Part shown: one piece after another, positions 42,360-48,176 of the stretch
Layout of the letters: every line of letters begins with the position of its first letter
How positions within the stretch are numbered: position 1 is the first letter of the stretch
The notes under the pieces: model-generated
What the model was told of the DNA's origin: nothing
Databases searched by the model: none
The model's input: the letters and a program-made list of their open reading frames with translations, nothing else
Source: Alphaproteobacteria bacterium
Lineage (GTDB): Bacteria; Pseudomonadota; Alphaproteobacteria; CAAGCB01; CAG-977
Length of the DNA: 48,176 nt
Assembly: GCA_051888155.1 (NCBI GenBank)
Contig: JBJFAY010000153.1
Location: 1 to 48,176 of the forward strand
Direction of reading: 5' to 3'
Translations under genes and position numbers: made by a program

Positions 42360-42575
42360 ATGTCCAAGTTAAAACAATATATTGTTTTTGGCGGGTTATT
42401 GTTTCTTTTTCAAATGGATTCTGTAAAACGAATTTTTCAGTCGCCGTCTTTTTTGAATACGGTTTTGGGGGGTATCGGGATTTTATTGGTTATAGCGGTG
42501 ATTATAACAATTTCTGCTCAAAAACGTCAAAAAAAGCAGAAAGAAAATGAAGACGATAGGGCTTCAATATTATAA
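42360..42575 (+). CDS. Small 2-TM membrane protein (hypothetical)
   Basis: 71 aa. AAAGGAG RBS. Two hydrophobic segments (IVFGGLLFLF and VLGGIGILLVIAVIITI) and a basic/acidic tail. Confidence 0.55.
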   Translation: MSKLKQYIVFGGLLFLFQMDSVKRIFQSPSFLNTVLGGIGILLVIAVIITISAQKRQKKQKENEDDRASIL

Positions 42576-42591
42576 AGGAAGGTTTTGGCAA

Positions 42592-44019
42592 ATGACGAAA
42601 CATGTTACGTTAAAACGATTAGTGATCGGAGTGCTGCTGTTTTGCGGCGTGTTTGCCTATACTTCCATTCATTCCGCTCATGCTTTCAGCATTTATGATA
42701 AGAAAATGGAAGACGTTTGCGATTCATGGTCTCAGAATATGCAGGACTATCAAGGGCAGGAACATTGCTGGACATGTCAGATTTTCGTACTGCTTTTTGA
42801 TGCTGCCAACAAAGCGGCCGGACAAATTAACAATGCCTTATCGCCTCCAATTATGAAAGCTGTTGTTACTCTTTGTTCGTTATGGCTGGCCATTCACACG
42901 CTGATTTTTTTCAGCGATGTGGGGAGCGCTCCTAATTTAATGGCATTTTTAACAAAAATCGGGGGTATGATGATCCGGGTCGGGTTCGGTTATGCCCTCT
43001 TGGCCGGCGGGGCTCAGCTGGCTTTTGATTATGTTATCAATCCTGTTTTGACAGACGGGGCAAAATTGGCGACAACTGTTTTGTCAACGACGGGACTTTC
43101 CCCGGGGTGTGAATTTACTTCCAGCGGCGGCGGTTCGCCGACAAGCGGGCCGATGGGGCAAGAGGTACGCGAATCTTTGAAATGTATGATTGAAAAAATT
43201 GCTTCCGGCATGGCGCGCAGTCAGTCAATCGCACAAGGGTTGCGTTGCGGTGCAATGTTTTACGATTTCGGATTCCTTAATCCGTTCCCGCATCCGGGCA
43301 TGTGGATTGTAGGGGCAACTTTTGGGTGCTTTTTCTGGTTTATTTCTTTCCTGTTCCCGTTGGTTATGCTGGACGTTATTTTCCGGATCGGATTAATGGC
43401 CGGTATGCTGCCGTTGTTTGTCGCGGCTTGGATTTTCCCGATTACGGCCTCATATGCAAAAAAAGCATGGGATATTTTCTTGCAGTCTTGTCTTGTTTTC
43501 GTCGTAACGGGGCTGATTGTTTGTATACTTGTGGCTCTGGTTGACCAGTCTTGGGGAGCCGGCGATCAGACGATCATAAATGCTTTTCAGCAGAAAATGG
43601 AAGCTAACCAATATACAGATGCATGGGACGAGCTGTTTTCCGGCGGAGTCGGCAGAGGATTGGTAAATTTATTCCTGGTGCTGTGCGTTTGCTTCTGGGG
43701 CGTAGGCATTGCTTCTAAATCAGACAAAGTGGCAAATGAGTATGTGGGAGAAGGAAAATATCCGGACAATTGCGCGGTTAAGGCCATTGAAGCAATAATC
43801 AGTTTTATTTTTGATGTGATTATGGCGGTTATTACAATTCTTACTTTTGGCGCGACGTCTTGTCTGTATCTTTTCAAACTCGGTAAATATATGTCCGACA
43901 GTGCGAGAAAGCTTCAGGAAATTATCAGGCATCTCAGAAGGATAAAAGAAAAAGTACAAAAAATTCAGCAAAAAATGCAAAAGCTTCAGAAGGTGGCTTT
44001 CCATCAACGGGATAAATAA
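42592..44019 (+). CDS. virB6: VirB6/TrbL-family protein, paralogue 3
   Basis: ATG 42592 (MTKHVTLKRLVIGVLLFCGVFAYTSIHSAHA signal) follows an AAGGAAGG RBS. CWTCQIFVLLFD motif. TLCSLWLAIHTLIFF. MAGMLPLFVAAWIFPITASYAKKAWDIFL. The track start at 42547 overlaps the small ORF. Confidence 0.72.
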   Translation: MTKHVTLKRLVIGVLLFCGVFAYTSIHSAHAFSIYDKKMEDVCDSWSQNMQDYQGQEHCWTCQIFVLLFDAANKAAGQINNALSPPIMKAVVTLCSLWLAIHTLIFFSDVGSAPNLMAFLTKIGGMMIRVGFGYALLAGGAQLAFDYVINPVLTDGAKLATTVLSTTGLSPGCEFTSSGGGSPTSGPMGQEVRESLKCMIEKIASGMARSQSIAQGLRCGAMFYDFGFLNPFPHPGMWIVGATFGCFFWFISFLFPLVMLDVIFRIGLMAGMLPLFVAAWIFPITASYAKKAWDIFLQSCLVFVVTGLIVCILVALVDQSWGAGDQTIINAFQQKMEANQYTDAWDELFSGGVGRGLVNLFLVLCVCFWGVGIASKSDKVANEYVGEGKYPDNCAVKAIEAIISFIFDVIMAVITILTFGATSCLYLFKLGKYMSDSARKLQEIIRHLRRIKEKVQKIQQKMQKLQKVAFHQRDK

Positions 44020-44057
44020 ACGTCCAATTTTGAAATTTTCCATTTTATCTGACAAAG

Positions 44058-44088
44058 AAAACTCCGTTTTAAAAACGGAGTTTTTTTT
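44058..44088 (+). terminator. Rho-independent terminator ending the virB6 block
   Basis: aaaactccgtttt / aaaaacggagtttt hairpin with an 8-T run. Confidence 0.8.
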
Positions 44089-44197
44089 GAAATACGGTTT
44101 TTTGCGCACCCGGGTGTTGTAATTTTTTTTCAAACCAGCTATAAAAAGAAGGGCTGGGGTATTTTGGCCTTTGATTGACAGATAAGGGGCATTGTGA

Positions 44198-45193
44198 ATG
44201 GAAGAGATTATCTTTCCGAATCAGATTCGTATGTATCGCCGTGTGCGCGGCCGTTCAATGCAGGAATTGGCTGATTTTTTAGGCGTCAGTCTTTCTGCGG
44301 TCAGTAAAATCGAAAAAGGCTACAGACGCATAGATCAGGAACAGTTGGTTCGTATCGCGGAATTTTTGGATTGCCCGTTACAGGAAATCTTTGTGAACGA
44401 AGCCAGTTCTCAGCCTGATGTAGTTCAGGCCTGGCGGCGCGAACAGGAGCGGCGCAACCGTGTGAATGAACGCGGCGGTTTGAAAATGCTGGGGGCCGGG
44501 TTGCGTTATATCCGCGGCCAGAAAAATCTGACATTGGCAGACGTGGCGGACGGTTCCGAACTGACTTTGTCCGTTTATCATCGTATCGAAATGGGGCAGC
44601 GCGAAGTTTCCGAAGACGAAATTTCCAGAATTGCCCGGGCGCTGGGGTATACAAATGATGAACTGCAAAAACAAATCTATGATTTGGACAAAGCCGGCGC
44701 TTTGGAAGAATTTATTCAAAGAAATGATGCGCGTTACCGCACGATTTCCGGTGTGAAAACAGGATACCCCGAATTGCCTGTATCAAAGGTCGGCGGAGTC
44801 AGGCAGGAACGTACGGACGTTGTCTTGCAGGTTTATGGTCAGGCCGGTGAAAACGGCACGGTTATTATTGATCGTCAGGCGGCTTTAGGCACGGTGACCT
44901 GTTCTGCCGGCGCGGTTAATCCGATGTCGTCTTATGCTGTTTCCTTATGTACCCGTCGTTTAGGGAATTTATTGCCGGCGCGTTCGATATTGATTGTTGA
45001 TCCGACGAAAATGGTCGGGCTGGGCGATATTGCCGTTATGTATATTAATGAAACGGAAGCCCGTTTAATCAGTGTACGCGAAGATATTGACGGCAGAATG
45101 TTCGGCGTTTTATGGAATCCCGAAGAAAAAATCGAAATTCCCGAAGATAAAGCTTCGGCTTTGCACCGGGTAGTTCAGATTCATTTACCGTAA
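44198..45193 (+). CDS. XRE-family regulator with two HTH domains and a C-terminal S24 (LexA/CI)-like domain
   Basis: 331 aa. HTH 1 is IRMYRRVRGRSMQELADFLGVSLSAVSKIEKGYRRI. HTH 2 is LRYIRGQKNLTLADVADGSELTLSVYHRIEMGQREV. The C-terminus YAVSLCTRRLGNLLPARSILIVDPTKMVGLGDIAVMY has S24-like topology, but GNLLP replaces the G-(D/N)-S-M-x-P serine motif. Confidence 0.7.
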   Translation: MEEIIFPNQIRMYRRVRGRSMQELADFLGVSLSAVSKIEKGYRRIDQEQLVRIAEFLDCPLQEIFVNEASSQPDVVQAWRREQERRNRVNERGGLKMLGAGLRYIRGQKNLTLADVADGSELTLSVYHRIEMGQREVSEDEISRIARALGYTNDELQKQIYDLDKAGALEEFIQRNDARYRTISGVKTGYPELPVSKVGGVRQERTDVVLQVYGQAGENGTVIIDRQAALGTVTCSAGAVNPMSSYAVSLCTRRLGNLLPARSILIVDPTKMVGLGDIAVMYINETEARLISVREDIDGRMFGVLWNPEEKIEIPEDKASALHRVVQIHLP

Positions 45194-45212
45194 AAAGATA
45201 AAAATAAAAAAA

Positions 45213-45245
45213 CGCCGCGGATTAAAGATATGTTAATCTGCGGCG
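45213..45245 (+). terminator. Possible terminator hairpin after the XRE gene (weak U-tract)
   Basis: cgccgcggatt / 11-nt loop / aatctgcggcg (one G-U pair). The downstream T-run is poor. Confidence 0.3.
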
Positions 45246-45262
45246 TCGTAGTATTATGCTGA

Positions 45263-45285
45263 ATATCCCTGAATTGCAGGGATAT
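45263..45285. promoter_or_regulatory. Perfect 9-bp-stem palindrome upstream of the long repeat-protein ORF
   Basis: ATATCCCTG-aattg-CAGGGATAT, 26 nt upstream of ATG 45311. Candidate operator or RNA hairpin. Confidence 0.3.
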
Positions 45286-45310
45286 ATAGCCGTGCCTGTT
45301 TGGAGAAGAA

Positions 45311-48176
45311 ATGAGCCCGCCGAAAAAGGATATGAAAAAATGGAAGCCGAAGTTTCCCGGTGCGGCGTCAGACGGGGAGGAAGACCCGTATGTAACGGCT
45401 CAGCGTTTTGTTAATGTTTACAGGCAGATGCATGTTTTGCGCGAGGATCTGGTATCGCGTTATAATGATATGCTGTTGGAAATTACTCCGGAAGCGCGAT
45501 CGACTCTGACGGATATACCGGGCGGTCGGGACGTGCGCGATTATCTGGAATATTTGGAGCATCAGAAATACGGGGACGATTACGTTTCTCAGGAAGATGA
45601 TGACGATGTGCTGGTTTCCAGGGAAGAAAAAGCCAAAGCGAAAGCGATTGCCGACGCTTTATCTTCCGCGCAGGAAAAGATGAATCAGAACCAGATGGCC
45701 GTCATGCAGCAAGCGCAGGAAGAATCCCGGCGCAATATGGAAATGCTGGCAAAGACGTTGTCCGAAGCCCGGCAGGATCCTTCCCGTCGTGAAGAAGCCG
45801 CCGAGTTGGCTCAGTCTTTGAAAAAAGCAAAGGAAGATTACTCTCATCTTGCCGCCGATTTGGGGGAAGCCGAAACGGCGTCGGAAATTGAGAGCGTTCA
45901 TGAAAAGTTGCGTTCTCAATATGCTCAGGCGCAGCAGGCGGGCAACGTTATCCAGGGCGGGCTGGAACAATTGTCGGACAAAGGGGCCAAAGGATTGGAC
46001 GCTTTGGTTTCCGCTTTGACGGAAGCGCAGGTAAAGTCGGCTGAACTGCAGGCAAAAGCGCAGTCGGAAACAATGGCCAAAATTTTTTCGCAAAGCCAGG
46101 AAATGACGGCGCGGGCAATGGCGGAGGCATTCGCCAAGTCACAGCAAAGCGCGGCGGAAGTTCAAGGCAGCCTGATTGCCAAAGCGATTGCCGATTCTCA
46201 AAAACATGCGAATGAAACGCTGGCGTCTTTGTTCGCTTCCATTCAAAGAGGGGGCAGTCTGCCGGCAGCGGCGCCGCCGCAAATTGTTATAGAAAATAAT
46301 AATTCGGCGGCTTCGGCGATTCAGTCCGAGAATATAGCCGTTCAAATCAAAGCGATGGTTCAGGCGCAGGTCGAAGCGCAAAAAGAAATTCTGGAAATGC
46401 AGAAAAAAGCGATGACCGAAGCCGCGTCGGTTCCGCAGATGATGGGCGGCGGCGTGGGTATGTCTGCGGCGGAACAGGCGAAGATGATTGCAGACGTAGT
46501 CGCGCAGACGCAAAGCTCTGTTTTGACGGAAACGATGGGGCAGCTGATGCATCGTCAGGAAGAATCGCAGCGTTTTCAGGCAACATTGATGGCGGAGGCT
46601 TTTTCAAAGCAGACGCAGGAAATTGCTTTGGCTTTATCGAATGCGCAAAAAGCGGTTCGTAACGAAACGCTGGCTTCTCAGGCGCAGGCTGTCGCTCAGG
46701 CAATGATTCGGGCGCAGACGGCGACGCAGTCTGAAACGATTACGGCTCAGGCTAAAGCGATAGCGACGGCAATGACGGAATCGCAGAACGCGCTGCAAGC
46801 GGAAGCTTTGGCGACACAGGCGCGCGTCGTGGCCGAAGCGGTCGCGGAATCTCAAGCCAACGTTCAGCGTGATGTGCTGGCTGAACAAGCGCGCGTCGTG
46901 GCTGAGGCGATGTCTGAATCTCAGGCCAGCGTGCAGGCGGAAGCTTTAGCGACACAGGCGCGCGTCGTGGCTGAAGCGGTGGCGGAATCTCAAAGCGCCG
47001 TTCAAAAAGAAGTCTTGGCGGAACAAGCGCGCGTCGTTGCGGAAACGCAGGCGACTATTCAACGTGATGTGCTGGCTGAACAGGCGCGCGTCGTGGCTGA
47101 AGCGGTGGCGGAATCTCAAGGCGCCGTTCAAAAAGAAGTCTTGGCGGAACAAGCGCGCGTCGTTGCGGAAACGCAGGCGACTATTCAGCGCGATGCTTTG
47201 GCTGAACAGGCGCGCGTTGTGGCCGAAGCGGTGGCGGAATCTCAAAGCAGCGTACAAACAGACGCTTTGGCTGAACAGGCGCGTGTTGTGGCTGAAGCAA
47301 TGGCGCAGCAACAAAATACGTCTTTATCCGAAACGGTTGAATTGTTAAGTCAGAAACAAATGGATCAGACTTCGGCTTTGGCGACGGCGTTAGCGAAACA
47401 ACAATCAAAGACGCAGGAAGTCATTCATACTTGGGCTCAGGGCAGTCTGCCTGCCGGAGGAGGATCCGGAGTACCGCCCACTCAGCCGCCCGTGCACGAA
47501 TATTATGATACGCCGTATACGTCGGGGTACGAAGAGGCCGCGGTAGAATCTCCGGTTCAGGAAGAAAGCCAGCCCAAAAAGAAATCGCGTGAACTGCCAA
47601 AAATGGATTTGTCCGATTGGAATGCTAATTTGGACGAAGCTTTTTCTTTGTCACAAAAAGCCGCTGCCGAAGCCGGTTACGATTTGGACGATAATTGGGG
47701 ATACGGTTATGCCGATGCGTCCAGTGAAGAGGTAGATTATTCCGCTTCCGATCAACAGGAAGACGTTTATAACTATCAGGACACGGAAGGGTACGAAGGC
47801 GATCAGGCTTATTATGATTATCCGCAGGAAGATCAAGGACTTTACGGTTATGTCGCTGCCGGTAATTACGGGGCTTATTATTACACAGATGAAAACGGCA
47901 ATCCGTATTATTTAGATACGAACGGTAATCCGTATTATGTTGACGAAAACGGGCAGGCTTATTATGTCGATGAAAACGGGCAGGCGGTTTATTTCGATCC
48001 GAATACTGTCGGAGAACAGACTCCGGAACAGGAAGCGCCGGCTTATTACACAGATGAGAACGGCAATCCGTACTATTTAGATGCGAACGGCACTCCGTAC
48101 TATGTTGATGAGAACGGACAAGCTTATTATGTCGATGAAAACGGGCAGGCGGTTTATTTCGATCCGAATACTGTCG
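45311..48176 (+). CDS. Large repeat-rich coiled-coil protein with Tyr-rich C-terminal repeats (partial; continues past window end)
   Basis: I translated this frame by hand from ATG 45311 (GGAGAAGAA RBS) to 48176 and found 955 codons with no stop. Absent from the ORF track, apparently because it has no stop in the window. Ala/Gln/Glu-rich with AEQARVVAEAVAESQ repeats, then YYTDENGNPYYLD repeats. Confidence 0.8.
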   Translation, partial: MSPPKKDMKKWKPKFPGAASDGEEDPYVTAQRFVNVYRQMHVLREDLVSRYNDMLLEITPEARSTLTDIPGGRDVRDYLEYLEHQKYGDDYVSQEDDDDVLVSREEKAKAKAIADALSSAQEKMNQNQMAVMQQAQEESRRNMEMLAKTLSEARQDPSRREEAAELAQSLKKAKEDYSHLAADLGEAETASEIESVHEKLRSQYAQAQQAGNVIQGGLEQLSDKGAKGLDALVSALTEAQVKSAELQAKAQSETMAKIFSQSQEMTARAMAEAFAKSQQSAAEVQGSLIAKAIADSQKHANETLASLFASIQRGGSLPAAAPPQIVIENNNSAASAIQSENIAVQIKAMVQAQVEAQKEILEMQKKAMTEAASVPQMMGGGVGMSAAEQAKMIADVVAQTQSSVLTETMGQLMHRQEESQRFQATLMAEAFSKQTQEIALALSNAQKAVRNETLASQAQAVAQAMIRAQTATQSETITAQAKAIATAMTESQNALQAEALATQARVVAEAVAESQANVQRDVLAEQARVVAEAMSESQASVQAEALATQARVVAEAVAESQSAVQKEVLAEQARVVAETQATIQRDVLAEQARVVAEAVAESQGAVQKEVLAEQARVVAETQATIQRDALAEQARVVAEAVAESQSSVQTDALAEQARVVAEAMAQQQNTSLSETVELLSQKQMDQTSALATALAKQQSKTQEVIHTWAQGSLPAGGGSGVPPTQPPVHEYYDTPYTSGYEEAAVESPVQEESQPKKKSRELPKMDLSDWNANLDEAFSLSQKAAAEAGYDLDDNWGYGYADASSEEVDYSASDQQEDVYNYQDTEGYEGDQAYYDYPQEDQGLYGYVAAGNYGAYYYTDENGNPYYLDTNGNPYYVDENGQAYYVDENGQAVYFDPNTVGEQTPEQEAPAYYTDENGNPYYLDANGTPYYVDENGQAYYVDENGQAVYFDPNTV
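46802..47305. repeat. Tandem coding repeats (126-nt / 42-aa unit built from 23- and 19-aa subrepeats)
   Basis: gctgaagcggtggcggaatctcaa at 46970 recurs at 47096. Protein unit is AEAVAESQxAVQKEVLAEQARVVAETQATIQRDxLAEQARVV, with more degenerate copies on both sides. Confidence 0.85.
47876..48176. repeat. 165-nt (55-aa) tandem repeat at the C-terminal part of the long ORF
   Basis: ttacacagat at 47881 recurs at 48046. Unit is YYTDENGNPYYLD(T/A)NG(N/T)PYYVDENGQAYYVDENGQAVYFDPNTVGEQTPEQEAPA. The second copy is cut by the window end. Confidence 0.85.

Noticed and set aside
42335-42550. Track ORF 42335..42550 (+, TTG start), which overlaps the 71-aa ORF.
   Set aside because: It has a TTG start with no RBS and its product has no clear features. 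The overlapping 42360..42575 frame has an ATG, a strong RBS and two clean TM helices.
46802-47305. The regular repeat array could be mistaken for a CRISPR array or a satellite.
   Set aside because: The repeats are in frame within a long ORF. The period is 126 nt with no unique spacers, adjacent units are near-identical, and no cas genes are present.
45368-47836. A chain of minus-strand track ORFs (45368..45562, 45659..46093, 46139..46552, 46347..46703, 46634..46888, 46946..47314, 47651..47836 and others) plus the plus-strand ORF 47037..47348.
   Set aside because: All lie antisense or out of frame to an uninterrupted 955-codon plus-strand frame with an RBS. Their products are Arg/Leu/Phe-rich repeats that simply mirror the tandem coding repeats.

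Overview
A densely coding 48.2-kb bacterial chromosomal window that uses the standard genetic code. TGA is a normal stop at expected protein lengths and Trp is encoded by TGG.

The flagellin termini and the tandem VirB6 paralogues suggest an alphaproteobacterium-like organism, possibly host- or anaerobe-associated. This cannot be proven from the window.

Positions 1-27.7 kb hold housekeeping and accessory genes:
- esterase fragment, DUF488/YeaO, flagellin, a GIY-YIG ORF bracketed by repeats, polA, initiator-type tRNA-Met
- copA with N- and C-terminal metal-binding domains
- a group of exported detox-type enzymes (MBL hydrolase, Tat-signal aldo/keto reductase with Fe-S domain, flavodoxin, DUF3737, metallophosphoesterase, alpha/beta hydrolase); four transcription units in this group carry the same MerR-type 19-bp-spacer promoter with a TTAAAGTnnACTTTAA dyad
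- a CatB/Vat-type acetyltransferase broken by two in-frame TGA codons at Trp positions
- a P-loop kinase and BioG pair
- a TetR-HlyD-ABC-ABC2 efflux operon
- a tandem-ArsR regulator divergent from a three-gene Cys-motif operon
- ogt, tag, an NTF2-like protein, an HxlR regulator and tRNA-Glu(CUC)

Positions 27.9-48.2 kb form a type IV secretion-related accessory locus:
- two DUF1189-like paralogues
- a minus-strand block: Pro-rich protein, Lys/Asp-rich protein, two paralogous membrane proteins with a NERD-like C-terminal domain, a VirD4 coupling protein with an extreme acidic tail, an HNH-like protein with a Pro/Gln/Tyr-rich N-terminus, and a SUKH/SMI1-like protein
- a divergent plus-strand block: three VirB6/TrbL paralogues and a 71-aa 2-TM ORF
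- a dual-HTH XRE regulator with an S24-like domain
- a repeat-rich ORF of at least 955 aa that runs off the window and is missing from the supplied ORF track

I recognised no rRNA, CRISPR array, transposase, integrase, relaxase or other VirB core genes. All family assignments come from motif reading by eye, without database searches.
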